From Botryllus schlosseri (Eukaryota), in contig CM119371.1 in the NCBI GenBank assembly GCA_051294905.1, positions 26,476,001-26,540,000 of the forward strand: a stretch of DNA of 64,000 nucleotides, in the 5' to 3' direction. The position numbers and the translations under genes are program-made. Shown here one piece after another: positions 37,001 to 49,014 of the stretch. A model generated the notes under the pieces. That model did no database searches, had not been told where the DNA came from, and saw only the letters and a list, made by a program, of their open reading frames with translations. The stretch's first letter is position 1, and each line of letters begins with the position of its first letter.

Positions 37001-40000
37001 GCTACACCTGATTCTACTACAGTAGCTTTCTTAATTAATTTGACCACCTCAGGTTAGACGTGAGAGTGCTTATTCCGACTTTACTTGGAGACCAGTCCAG
37101 CCCTAGCTTAAGAATAGGAATAGCTGAAGATTTGCTATCAACATGGTGTGTCATGAGCAGTACACGCGCAACTTAAGTGTTGCCAGCCAACAACTGCTGC
37201 TGTTGAACGTTCTTTCTAGATTCTTGGCAAGCTACTCCGTAACTACGGACATACTTTCCACCCGATAATGTAGGAAAGTAATTTTAGTTGGACGACAACA
37301 AATTTGAATTACTTCTACCATAATGCGTGATGTAACTACTGGAATTCCTCATAGATCCAGATTTCGTTAGAATACAGTTTTCTTCATGTAAAAATTGTCA
37401 GTTTCAAGTCAAAAAGTTTCCCAGGCCAAACTACTTTGTAAGGTCAAACAGTTCCATCCAGAAATGAAAGATAGGTAATAAAATTCTGACAATATGTGTG
37501 AAAACACCTAATTTGCATACAAGAGGGCAAACCTTTGTCGAAATTATGTTTTTAAGGTTAAAATATGTCCAAATTTTAATTTTCTCAGATCAAAATATTC
37601 CGTTCATTAGGTAAAAAATCGCCGTACCTATAAGTCGTGTTGATCAAATACGTTCTAATGAGCAGGAACAGTACCTCCAAATTATTTTGTGACAATTAGG
37701 CGGAAGGCTTTCATGGTAATACAAGAAAACGGTTAAGTATTATTCCAGATGTGGGGTTTATAGCCACTGTGGCATATACCCTACGTGCGACAGGACAAAC
37801 AGCAATGCATGCTTTTTATATTACATACCCACGGCCCGTATCAAATCTTAGAAAGACACCAAGTGAAGACGGGTTCGTGGCTGTTAGATCTGCCACACTC
37901 AACTTTCTGATTTAGTTGGTGATAGAGAATGACGGAATAATTCTGGAACCGGAAATCCAGACGCCAACACATGAAGTACGGTCAGCTCTTACGTCAGTTG
38001 TTGTCAACGTGAGTGCCGTTTGGAATACGCCAGAGTTCCGCAAGATGTTGCAGTAATTCAACACTACGGACTATTTAGCTCGAACCTAACTTCGAATCGA
38101 ACCAAGCCGAACTTGTTAGCAGTTGCAGCGACACATGTAGCAATCTCGGACTATGACTAAGTTTTGAAAGGCGTAAAATGATTTAGGAATAGTAGCTTTA
38201 GTTCTGATTGCAAATTAAGATATTGCTATGGTATATTATCAGTCTAAGTAAAAGTCGGAGTGGAAATTAGAGGAAATACCATATTCTGAGATGCGCTATA
38301 CAGTTATTAGGAGCAATTATATTATACGTTCTTTGATATACTCAAATCACGTGAAGTTGATGTATAGCTCTGGGGTGCTGCGAACTATTTAGCCCTTTGA
38401 CGAGTATACCGCAAGGTCAGCAAGGATGAGAACAATTGTGTTAGATGAACCCAAGCTCAGCAAAATCGTGATGCGGAAAGTATATTCCACATGCTCTGGA
38501 TTAGAGTGGTTACTCAACGTTCAATTACGAGAATTCAGTCCAAATTTCAATTATGTTGATACCCGCATACAATGGGACCTGTTTATTGCTGCATCGACGT
38601 TAACATATACTAATCGGTTGTAATGGATACCACCAAATAATTTGACTATACGTCAAAATAACGACAATTAACGCCTGCATAATTACCACCTCGGGCCTTT
38701 GAAGGTGCTCGTAATGACGGCCTGAAAACCTTGCTCAGATTTCGTCGGATCTTCTTCAAGCCGCCGTTTCGCGTTTGTCCGTCACCTGTTAAAAATAATT
38801 CGTGGTATTGCGGAATACATACCATATCAAGCGAAAAATCACCACAACAAATATAATATTTGATCAGCTCTTTGATTCCAAAAACAATAAAGCAGGAGTT
38901 CCCAACCTTTTAATGACCGCGACCCCAAAGGTCGATTCAAAAATGTTCCACGACCCAACCTCTCAATTTGGAGTGCTGATTACTAAAACTTCCCCGCGGT
39001 TTCGGTTGTGCAAAAACTAGTACCTGGGTGATCCAATTCCGAATCTAAGATTAGGCTTCGAGTCGAGTCGGGTATTCGGTTATCGGTCACTATAACGCCT
39101 TAAGAGTATGGGTGATGTATACTGTTCAAAACATACCTTTTCCGCAGAGGATAAAAACTAGGGATGGTGTGAACGTGAGGTTCACGTTCGCGTTCTGTGT
39201 GTGAACCTCGGAAATTTAGAGGTTCGCGTTCACAACAGAACCTTGGGTAGCTTCTGCACTGTGAACCTTTTTCATATATAAAAATTTTCACTTCATTTTA
39301 ACATCTTTGGTTCATATTTGTTGCATTTCAACTGTAGGCCACTCTATGCATGGCGCTGGCAGCATTAGAAATCAACACTAAACGAGCATGCACCTTGGCA
39401 ATCTCAAAAGTCTTAGTTGCTTTGTTAGAAAATTTGCTCGAAATATCCAGCTTTCCGTTTGTGAATATTTAGTGACTCTCTGCTGTGAGTTTGACCCGCA
39501 ATCACACGACATCCCTAGCGAAATACGTAGTCAGCGAATGATGCTTATTCAAGCAATCAATGAGATGGATATCGTTTTTGATGCCAAAAAATCTAGCAGG
39601 CGTACGGGGTCAATCATGACTTCATATCTTTACTGCGTCATTAAAATCAAATCCTTGCGATTGAGGTGTTGGCTACTGCTGTATAACTTGTTAATGGGGT
39701 AGTATCAGCAGCAAGTATAGAAACCTGTTTACACGCTGCTCAATATCAATGTAGCGATACTCAGACGCCGAATACATTGTCCGGTCTGGCCTAGACCCTT
39801 AAGGCGTAAGCTTATATTCCCTGGTAAGTCCTCGTCGCAATTGTAGGCAAAGTGACAGAAGATATTGATTTATATGAGTATCATGTCCTTCGATTGCCTC
39901 AGTTGATACATTTAGCGACGTTTAAAACGCCAACATGTACTTCGGCATTGTGACATGATGTGGCCCGAGTCGTCGCTAGGTACCATGTACATTAATATAC

Positions 40001-43000
40001 GCTATCACTTCATTGAAAGATAGGGTTGGAATTAGCAATATGACGTAACGTGACGTCATGAGGTTCACGTTCGTGTTCACACAGAACCTTTCAAAAAGGT
40101 TCGCGTTCACACGAACCTGAACCTTTCAGAGGTTCACACCATCCCTAATAAAAACGCCTGATTTATATAGCATAAAGATGATGTGGTGTTTTTAGACCAT
40201 ACCTATTTCATTGCACGTTGTGATAATGCTGTGAGTTGATCACAACTTCGCAGAAATGTAATTTCCAGTAATGTGAGCTGTGTAAAAAGGTATCTGAACT
40301 ATAATTTTCGTTCAAAAATTCACTGTGACTGGTAAGGAGCACATAATTGCAGTACTCGAAAAACTGTCTCTCAATACTCGGCTCGAATCATTGAGAATAA
40401 TACTCGATTCAGATTCGAGTACTGGAATCATTGTGCCCATCCCTACTCACGACCATGGTGACCATGTGCGCAGTAATAACAATTATGCAATTATGAGCTC
40501 GGCAACCTCCGTCTATCAAGATTATAGCAACGTATATATGCCTGGTGGAACGAATAATTATCCATTCGAAGTAGTCAAGTACTGATACGTGATATTCTAC
40601 GCCACGTGAAACACCGATAAGGATCTGTAAGTTATTCGGCCGCGCCGAGCGTGTCTAGCAGTGTTGGGATCAAGTCATTATCCTCGAGTCAACATTCATC
40701 TCGAGTCATTGCACATTTTGTCATGTCAAGTCAAGTCAACTGATTTCTGAAGGTGACTCGAGTCAAGTCAATTCACTCGATATTTGAAGGTGACTCGAGC
40801 AAATTTGAGTCTAGTCAAGTCCCTAGAGTTACAATTCAAGTCGAGTTGTCTTTGGGAAGTACGAGGTATGATTAACTCGTTGAATTGACTGTATATTTTA
40901 AATCAAGGAACGAATATGGAATTACATAGACATGCAAAAAGGCGTTGTATTAGCTCACGCATGCGTAGAATTGCGAAGCTTCGTAAGTAACTGTAAACCC
41001 ACCGTCTATGAATATTCGCCAATATAGAGAATAGATCACGAAACCTCAGATAGTTGAAATGACGTAATATGATGCACTACCCACTTACATATTCAAGCGA
41101 TATAATTTAAGCCTGCGCAAATGGTTAACGGGTAACATAAGCTATATTCTAATTCAATTTAAATCATACATGAGGTTTGGCTAAGGTGAGCACCGGGCAC
41201 CAATGACCTGTCTATAGAACAGAGATATTATTGATATTATATTGATATATATTGATATATATTGATATTATATTGATATATATTGATATATATTGATATA
41301 TTATATTGATTGATATTATATTGATTCCCTACTAGTTCCCTGGAGTTCCCTACGACAACTCCAATCACATCATTTGCGGTCTATTTCTTTGTGATAGACA
41401 ATGGATGTTCAGTAAAACACAAAATCATTGAATAAATGAAATTGGTCGCAATCCGAGGATATGAAAGATACAGTGAGTCTCATCGACAACGAATATTTGA
41501 TGACTCGAAATTGACCCGTAAATTTTGCTCCGAGTCACGAGTCAATCTGCAATCTCAAACCGCCGAGTCAAGTCAAGTCATACGAAAAAGGTGACTCGAG
41601 TCATCGCAACACTGATGTGTATATGTATATTGTTAACACATGACACTAACGATCACTTGTAGTTTTTCTGGACGGACGTCAACGACCAACGTCGCATCAC
41701 GACTACATCAAGGGGAACATAGAAACAGCCTACGACAGATCAAATCATCGTTAGAGCCACTGTTTTAGCGGTTTATACATGTATTTGTCGTACCAATCAT
41801 CGTGTTTAGCCATTTCAGTTTTCAACCCAACTTCTGAAGGCATTGCTACCCAAACCTACATTTCTTCTACGAATCATTTCATCACCGCCAACTATACATA
41901 CGTCTATCAAACACACACAATCTTTCCGTAGCGAACCAATTCCAGTATAACTCGATTCACGAACGAGCGCGATTAGTAATTGTGTACAGTACACAGGACA
42001 TATCTATTTAATTCTATCGGCCTACCCACTAACTACGCATTTCTTCACTGTAGACACGGAAAGCGGGAAAACATTGAGAAAGTATTGAATGAAACTTGAT
42101 GATATTGGCAATTGCAGACATTAGGCCACTGTATATTAATTCTATCTTATCCTCTTTCAACGCATGCAATCGTACTCACTCGTAGATCTGATGGATGTGA
42201 TGAATTCGAATATATTGGGCACTCAATTGCAGGCCTACATTTTAGCCTTTTTCAAGCCACACGATTAAGAATATGCACGAGGTTATCGCGGGTTTACTCC
42301 GAGCGGGCCAAATGCTATGAATTACGCTGCTGTTGCAAAAAGACACCGGGGAAAGGATCAAACAATAATGGAATCGCTCACATGTACCAGATCAAACTAA
42401 AAGAAAAACTACTTTCGCTAGTCCCATGCGATTACAACATCGTTTGTATCCCCGTTTTTTCTCGTTCTCTCTCTCTCTCTCTCTCAGCGCTTGCATTTGT
42501 ACCAGATTTCACTCATATAGCAGACATATATCTATTTTGCGCGTGTAATTTCGATGCTTCGACGAATCCATATAGAGGCCAAGGTTTTATCACAGTAATT
42601 TTTCCTTGGCAGAGCACTTCGCGAAGACGCATGTATCAAAATATGTCCTGGAGAGAAAATGGTGTGCGCCAAATTGCGGGTGTTTGATGGTTGCGCAGTG
42701 CGCACCTCGAGACTAGAGCATCTCAATGGCTTACAACGACAGTAGGAATATACCGTTCTCTCCTAATGGCGAAAACCATATTTACCTTGTTTTTTAGAAC
42801 TTGCTTCTCCGTCACCTTTCATAATGACAACCTTTTCCACGTGAATCTGATCCCTCCCCACGACGGTGACCGAGCTGTTTACGATCGTCTGATTGACATT
42901 TTCAACCTCTTGAGCCAATCCTACAGATCCTAAGAGACGCGCGATTATTGTAAGGCATGCGAAATTTCGAAACATAACATATTCATAAATAGGCCTACTA

Positions 43001-43238
43001 TGCATTTCCCTAACATTTAAGAATGTAGTAGATCTCTCTTTCTAATATTTGTTTACGCAATGAGCGAAATGCCTTGTAGTTGAAAGGCTTTGCAACTATT
43101 TCATGTTGACAGCATTGATAATAATATTGACTAATGATTCTAATAGTACAGGCATTACTTACTGCTTGTCCCGGGTGGTTGTGATGTAAACATGGTCCCA
43201 GAGGCACCAAAACATTGATCTTGACCCCCTTGCGCCAT
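24051..43238 (-). CDS. Spliced NLR-like (NACHT-LRR) receptor, ~1016 aa; proposed exons 43238-43163, 42929-42786, 38785-38687, 35421-33994, 32490-32177, 31738-31634, 31521-31479, 31285-31164, 29707-29558, 25047-24967, 24844-24668, 24362-24051
   Basis: All exons are bounded by AG/GT with matching intron phases. They sum to 3051 nt with no internal stop in my translation. The NACHT motifs in exon 4 are unambiguous. The 43-nt exon 31521-31479 is the least certain part. Confidence 0.75.
25249..25804 (-). mobile_element. Internally deleted hAT-Charlie/SPIN-like transposon with C-terminal transposase (dimerisation domain) fragment, inside an NLR intron
   Basis: FGSTYIYEQTFSTMNINRTMLRSNITDVHVQSLLRVST matches the FGSTYxCEQxFS...RSxLTDxHL pattern. 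TIR-like ends cagtggcgggaaac/gttgcccgcccatg. Confidence 0.85.
27006..28296 (-). mobile_element. hAT (Charlie-like) non-autonomous element, CAGTGGTTCC-TIR family
   Basis: TIRs cagtggttcctaac/gtttgggaaccactg, flanks tcgtaggc/tggtaggt (6/8). Internal homology to 9668-10200 and ~63240-63520. Confidence 0.75.
28547..29420 (+). mobile_element. Non-autonomous hAT-Charlie element, CAGGGGTGGGCAAACT-TIR family
   Basis: Perfect 16-bp TIRs, GCGGCCCGC subterminal motifs, TSD ggttaacc. Homolog of 49300-50253. Confidence 0.92.
29558..29707 (-). CDS. NLR exon 9 (DSTLVFERFPSLAAVVFYGMLFDAEYIKLTGYLLINQDDLREISGRNFQK)
   Basis: Acceptor tttttcacag|GAT, donor AAG|GTCATA, 150 nt, phase 0-0. Confidence 0.7.
30007..30797. 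mobile_element. Foldback-like element: long inverted arms with an internal 22-bp tandem repeat (CAACCCTAATATCTCTCACCCA)
   Basis: Termini gcgcttcttcgat/atcgaagaagcgc. About 11 units lie at 30320-30572, with inverse units at 30130-30240. gattttt is present on both flanks. Confidence 0.75.
31164..31521 (-). CDS. NLR exons 7-8 (31521-31479 DIYRYRFTVTAARK; 31285-31164 SHPTNIKVLWLTAEAERLEMKNDGDVIKISSGIEGHFNIR)
   Basis: The phases join exon 6 to exon 9 (0->1->0). The mini-exon is inferred mainly from phase logic. Confidence 0.5.
31634..31738 (-). CDS. NLR exon 6: LRR (VFRVNLSGNNLSATALRSLL...)
   Basis: Acceptor cttttcag|GTT, VxLxxNxL LRR core, donor GAA|GTCAGT, 105 nt, phase 0-0. Confidence 0.75.
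32177..32490 (-). CDS. NLR exon 5: HD2 end and first LRR (LDSLNLEDCNIDDELL)
   Basis: Acceptor ttttatag|TC in phase with exon 4, LxxLxLxxCxI LRR pattern, donor CAC|GTAGGT. Confidence 0.85.
33994..35421 (-). CDS. NLR exon 4: NACHT NTPase + HD1 + winged helix + HD2
   Basis: Walker A ASAGSGKST, Walker B IIIFDGLDQ, sensor-1 YIASRE, PVFL motif, WH motif FFFCHQSVQEYLAA. Acceptor tttttcag|CT, donor AG|GTCTGA, 1428 nt, phase 1-1. The ORF-track tail after ...NDLYR is intron read-through. Confidence 0.95.
35990..37032 (+). mobile_element. Old diverged copy of the CAGAGGTGGTC-TIR hAT family
   Basis: Right end ttgaccacctcag with CTACTT arrays, internal similarity to 44210-45492. The left boundary is approximate. 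Confidence 0.6.
37090..37627 (+). mobile_element. Partial (right half) TAGGGCGA-TIR family element
   Basis: Homology to 56950-57867 without the SINE insertion. Confidence 0.65.
38687..38785 (-). CDS. NLR exon 3, polybasic linker (GDGQTRNGGLKKIRRNLSKVFRPSLRAPSKARG)
   Basis: Acceptor ttatttttaacag|GT, donor G|GTAATT, 99 nt, phase 1-1. GC-richer than the flanks. Confidence 0.55.
39159..40147 (+). mobile_element. Non-autonomous hAT element, TAGGGATGGTGTGAAC-TIR family
   Basis: Perfect TIRs, TSD ataaaaac. Confidence 0.92.
40659..41614 (+). mobile_element. Older copy of the CAGTGTTGGGAT-TIR family with an internal (ATATTG)-type microsatellite at ~41225-41325
   Basis: TIRs cagtgttgggat/atcgcaacactg, homology to 6080-7066, TSD decayed. 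Confidence 0.85.
42786..42929 (-). CDS. NLR exon 2, carries RHIM-like motif (SVGLAQEVENVNQTIVNSSVTVVGRDQIHVEKVVIMKGDGEASSKKQ)
   Basis: Acceptor tctcttag|GA, donor CAAG|GTAAAT, 144 nt, phase 1-1, open frame. Confidence 0.75.
43163..43238 (-). CDS. NLR first coding exon (MAQGGQDQCFGASGTMFTSQPPGTS)
   Basis: acaATGG start context. There is an in-frame TGA 33 nt upstream with no AG between it and the ATG. Consensus donor A|GTAAGT, phase 1. Confidence 0.7.
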
Positions 43239-43729
43239 TGTAATGATTACGTGATGCGTATTAGCGTATCAGACAGTACTGAAACCAATGACTCGAAATT
43301 ACAACATGTGATAAATATCATCATAATAATTCGGGACCAAGAGTCCTGATATATATGATATATTTGATATTTATCTTTTAATTTCAGAACTGTGCAGAGA
43401 CTCGTAAGTACAAAATCGTAACCCTCAACAACATCTGGAAGGAATGTAATTAATATTAAGTACCAACATGCATCGTTTAATTGAAAGCACGGTGATCAGT
43501 TTCACTGATATGGTCAAGCCAAAATCGCATTTCTATATCGCAGTGGATTCCAACCTAGGGTCGCCACGGTGCAACCATATTTTGTAATCAGTTTCCCAAA
43601 TAGCCCGAAATCAAGGGTAGGTATAAGTACTGACAATATATTTCTATTAATTAGCTTCTATATACAATTGAACAGTATCTTCATATTGAAATGAACCCGA
43701 ATATTTTCGGCTGACACTCGTCAGGGGTA

Positions 43730-44010
43730 GTCGTCAACAACTAGTAGAGAATTGGAAAGAACACTGTATATCAACAATCCTATCACAAAATATGACGTCA
43801 CCAGCATGAAATTTCGTGAATGTGAGAGCGTTCAATGTACTATTTTTAGGTGGTACACGAACTCCTTTTGTTGACAGAGTTTTGGTTGGTGTATTTTGAT
43901 AAAAGTCGACTCCAAGGCACACAAATGGAATTGTGAACGACCTCGCCCAACGATTCGAAATCGGTCGTCTCGATAATTATTCGCGCACGTCGGATTATCT
44001 AACAGATGTT
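43730..44010. repeat. Dispersed repeat; uninterrupted inverse copy of 58170-60435
   Basis: Shares gtcgactccaaggcacacaaatg and gagagcgttcaatgtacta with the interrupted copy. Confidence 0.7.
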
Positions 44011-44209
44011 TGCCGATGCCATCGCCTGTTAACTATAAATTATATGGCAATCTCATGTGAAAAAGGTTGATCGGTCACCCCTATAAACCTAGCCGCTACC
44101 AGTGAGCTTATGGTGACATTGACCACAGTTCCAATAATGTGATATGGTTAAATATTACCTAATATCGCAAAATAAATGTACCCTGTTAATACTCTATCTA
44201 CCATATTCC

Positions 44210-45492
44210 CAGAGGTGGTCAGTAACGAAGTACTTCTACTTTTTCGAAGTACTCAAGTAGTTTGCCTCTACTTCTGGTACTTACTCAAGTAGATTTGATT
44301 TTCGCTACTTCTTCTTCTACTTCGTAATATTTTGTGATCAACTTACTTACTTTTCGCTATTTTCAGTTTGTCAAGTAGAAGTAGTTCAATTTTCCAATCA
44401 GGAAGATAGCCTGAGGAATTTCGGGGCTGTTTTCACGGAGTATCAACATTTAATTTTCATAACAGTTTAGCAAAGCCCAGAATTTTCGTCGCGCATCGCG
44501 CGCAGTGCTGGATACGGAGTGACCTGTATGATTTCACGAAAGTATCGGTGAATATAATTTAGGTAGATGGTTGGCGCGGTTCCGTTCACACCACATTGTC
44601 GCCCTTCGTCCATATCAAATAATTCATCACAGTATATAACGTTTGAAACTGATGTTTTGCAATCTAGCATTTACTTGTCATATCGTAATCTAGCATGACC
44701 ATGGCGTGTCGAAATCTGGAAAAGTGGACTCTGACTTTTTTAGTTTTGGAGCTGTTTTAGCATACCACCTTTGAAACTTTCTGGAATAAAAACATGAAAT
44801 ACATGTTCTGTTTTCAGAAGTACTATTTATACTTCACTTTCAATTACCAGTATCATATACTTTGAGTTATTATTATCACCAGTTCTTCTGTCTGGATAAC
44901 ATACATGTTGAAGCATAAAAGTAAGTGTAGTAATGCCTTTAATTTCTGGAAATAAAGCTACACAATATGGCATTTTTACGATCCACCATATTTTTTATTA
45001 ACGTTTACTAATCGCGCAAAGTGTTTACACCGTATCCTATACAACTTCTCCGTATTGCTCTTCGACTAAACTACGAGCCTTATAATGGGGAATGGCGCCA
45101 TACCATGCTATTTTCTAAAACGTGCTGTTCGAGAAAACAGAGGATTAGCATCGCATTTCCATATCAATACTATCATTTTCATCCTATAATGTGGACGAAT
45201 ACTTATGCTAGCGAAAATTGGATCCCTGCTGGTATGCATCAAAATAAATCATGCTCGTCACCTATCGCATAGCTCAATTTCCACTTTGTTAGAGTCCATG
45301 TGAACGAATTAGGATCGTTTTCATAACTACTTACTTACTTGACTACTTTTAAAGTCAGTGAATTCTACTTCTACTTCAAGTAGTATTAGGTTGCTTATGG
45401 AAGAAGTACTTCTACTCGTACTTGGGTAGATTTTTTCGTCGCTACTTCTACTTCTACTTGAGTAGATTTCTTGACTACTTTGACCACCTCTG
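44210..45492 (+). mobile_element. Non-autonomous hAT element, CAGAGGTGGTC-TIR family (CTACTT/AAGTAG arrays)
   Basis: TIRs cagaggtggtc/gaccacctctg with perfect TSD catattcc. Confidence 0.92.
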
Positions 45493-45719
45493 CATATTCC
45501 ACAAAAGACACAGTCACATGTTAGTGCGATGCAAATACCAATCATATAATTTGCTGATTGTCATATCATCCATGCATTTACTACCTACCAAAGCGTCAGG
45601 TATCACGGGTGAATTAATTTAGACACAGCCTCCAAACCATTCTGGATGTAACCTTTTTAACTCGTCAATGTCGTGCTGTTCCGCACTGGTGACTTTGTTT
45701 TGATACGTAATCAACCGCG

Positions 45720-46165
45720 TTGCCGCTGTTGTTATTGATTTGTATCCAGGTAGATCGACCTCTATGATAAATTTTCCACCAGGGCGATATTCGTATTATC
45801 ATATAATAACTGCCGACTTATAGCACGCCCATTTCCGTTGAAAGACTTTCTTAGACACCGCTAAAGCAGATCGTAATGTGATAATTGGCCTCTTTCAGTG
45901 TAGAAATTTTGTAGTTGAATTTGGACGGACTCTAACCAACAACCGATTGGTATATCAGCTGTTGAAAGGTTGCGATTGGACTTTATATCTATAGGATCCT
46001 GGTCGCCGTATGATCCGCGTAAGCGGTGTATTACAACAGCCTGAAAAAAACGTGGACTATGCAACAAGTCGGCAGATCCGGAATTATAATAAGAAATATC
46101 GGACTGGTGGGAATGACCATATTATAGTCGAAGCACCGCTGATAACAAAACAACAACAACCAGCA
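45720..46165. repeat. Two decayed SINE 3' halves in divergent orientation
   Basis: actgccgacttatagcacg (minus copy) and caagtcggcag...gaccatattatagtcga...(CAA)n (plus copy) match the SINE family body. Confidence 0.55.
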
Positions 46166-46498
46166 ACATGAGCTGAACGCACCACTTGTCCACAACGCTA
46201 CAAACATTAGAGATGCTACGGCGAAGCCAAGACCGCCGTCGATCGCTTGAAAAGTGCCAGACTATACCATTGCGCACTCACCAATCACCAATCCCTGTCA
46301 AATTATGATATAATGGGACATAACTATTTAGTAGTTGGCAATAATTCGGGTACGACATCATACATCGACATTACAGACATATGTCGATTCTTCCTTTGGA
46401 ATTGAATATGCCGCGTGGGCAATCCATTTTCACTGCGAAAGTATATGCGTTACGGTTGCAAGCTCAGAAACATTACATAGGCCCATATAGATATATAT

Positions 46499-47120
46499 TA
46501 GGAATGGTACCAACCCCTGAAAGGTCCATCTATGTGAACGCGAACGTGAAGACGAATATATGACGGCACGTGACGTCATAATCCTACATTTTCGTGAGGT
46601 AATAAATTAATGTACATGTACACAATACCAAGTGGCGACTCAGGCCAGATTTTACCACGACGTTGAAGTAAAAGCTGACTTCATAAGCATCACCACATTC
46701 CCCATGTATCAACTGGAACAATCAAATGCTCTAATGCTACAATTAATTCCATCGTTTTGCCGATAATTCCGACGAGGGCATGCAAGATAATATAAGCTCA
46801 CGCGTTAACGGTCTAGGTTAGACCGGACAATGCATTCTTAAGGCGTCAGACTGTTGGTACATTGATATTGATCAGAGTGAAATACAGGTATATATACTTG
46901 CTACAAATATTACCTCCAAATTAAGTCATACAGCAGCCAACAGGCGGATGGCTATGAATTTTATGATACTTATCTAGTTAAAATAGATCCCGTACGCCCG
47001 TAATATTTTTGCATCAGACAAATATGCATTCTTTAGATCAATTTCGTTGTTGCTAGCATTGATAATCATTTTTATTGCGGGCTGAGATTCATACACCAAA
47101 CGCGAACGTGAACGTGGTAT
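46499..47120 (-). mobile_element. Decayed TAGGGATGGTGTGAAC-family copy (other fragments at ~48093-48310 and ~63537-63605)
   Basis: Collinear similarity to 59429-60348. Confidence 0.6.
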
Positions 47121-49014
47121 GAAGCAGGTGTATTTTTGGTATTCGAAAACATCGACTATCGTGACTTGAGTCGAAAAATTACAATACTCTACTCAGAGTC
47201 GAGAACTTCAATCGTTGTGCCGAGCTCAAACAGTATGTCGTTCACAAATGATGGACCAATTTCAAGTTTGCTTCAGCTTTGTCCAAGTACCTGACAAATT
47301 CCAAATTCCAAAATATGTTATTACGGCGGAGAAAAATATTTCTTATTCCATCAAAGCTACTGTAAATTGATAATTCTGACCTTAATTTGAAAATAAATTA
47401 TTGACATAATTGTAATCATTGCAGATCTTCAATAAAAATCTCTGCTACTGTCAACAACGCCATAAAATAAATATCGTGAATACTCGAGATTATCATAAAT
47501 TTTTCTAGATATTCTGCAATACTACTTCCGGATAAGTTCTTCATATTCCTTGTTTCATTTCAATACTATTCAGACGGCAGTTGATAGTTATGCGCTGTAC
47601 TTGTACCATGTAGGACTGCATAGTCCATCTTATCAGGAGCAACCTGTTTCTACGGCGGCGTTACCACTGTATCACAGTTCGACTTGTCATTATGGACCAA
47701 GCGATCGGTTTCCGGCCTCGGAATTTCGCGACTACGTGTTTAAATGGCTATCAGTTTCGCTGCTTTGACCGTTGTGAAAAGTAGATACGCGGCAGATTTT
47801 ACTAATTGAGAAAGACAGTCTATCGTGCAGACGTTAGCTAATATTCAGATAATAAAACCGCCACTAATTGTGCTTTGAATGTCATAGTACTACACAGTTA
47901 ACTGGTGCTCTGAGAAGCAATACGCCGGCAGCTTGTTACGCTCATTAGCAATGTATTGAAAAACTATAAACGCATTCATTTCCACATATCACTGTTATTA
48001 TCAATGGAAATTGGAGTAGTATTATCGCCACTCATGGTCATGTGCGGCAAGGGATCCGCGTCATTCCAATCAAGCGGTAAATAAATGACTAGAGGGATGG
48101 TGTAAACCTCTGAATGTTGCTGATTCGTTTGAACGCAGACGTGAACACGAACTTATGACATCACGTGTCGTCATATTGCTAATTCTAATCCTACATTTTC
48201 GTGAGGCAATATATTAATGTTCATGGTACAAGATACGTAGCAACGACCAGGCCACATTATGCAACAATGCTTGGGTATGTGCTGACATTTTAAACGTCAC
48301 CAATGATATATATTGGAATACATTGTTAACGCTATAATAATATTTGATCGATGAGGAGTCTCATGAAACATTACCTAATTCCATGAAGTGAAAACCCGAT
48401 ACGACATTTGTGATACATAGTAATCTGTGTGTCGTGTGAAATAGAGATAAGAAGAAATAAATGTTACGATGTCTCGTGCATAATCTCTCGTGGCTATAAC
48501 ATATATATGCGTGTAATACAACGTATACACATTCAATTCAATTCAATCATCTGTCGGAAATACTATTACGTCGTCGTACGTTAATTCAAAGAGTAGTCCG
48601 TGTGATCTTCGAGTACTCGTTTACCAGACAGGCTTCGTGGTACGTCAGCCACGAGCCGTCCACTGGCGTGGAAGGAAAGATATACGCAACGAATGGCAAT
48701 AGTAACCTTCTGGAGGCCGATTACATAAGTATAACATCCTACAACATTCGCTCTGCGTTAAAACTAGTAAATCAACTGGGCGGCGTTCATCGTTTGTTTT
48801 GATACTAATTGTGAAACCAGTCGTCAAAACCATATTGCATTCCAAAATTGCGTGTGAATTTCCACAGTGGAAATATATTTTCAGACTGGATGCATTCAAT
48901 GTTTCAAACTAAATATTCTGATATTGGCGATAAATGAGGCATGTCTATGGACTAATTCTATACTGATTCTACTTGGCATTGCATATGCATCGATATACAC
49001 ATGGATATATACAT

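Noticed and set aside
42112..42687. 191-aa plus-strand ORF
   Set aside because: Non-ATG start, spans a (CT)n microsatellite, has no motif, and lies in an NLR intron on the opposite strand.
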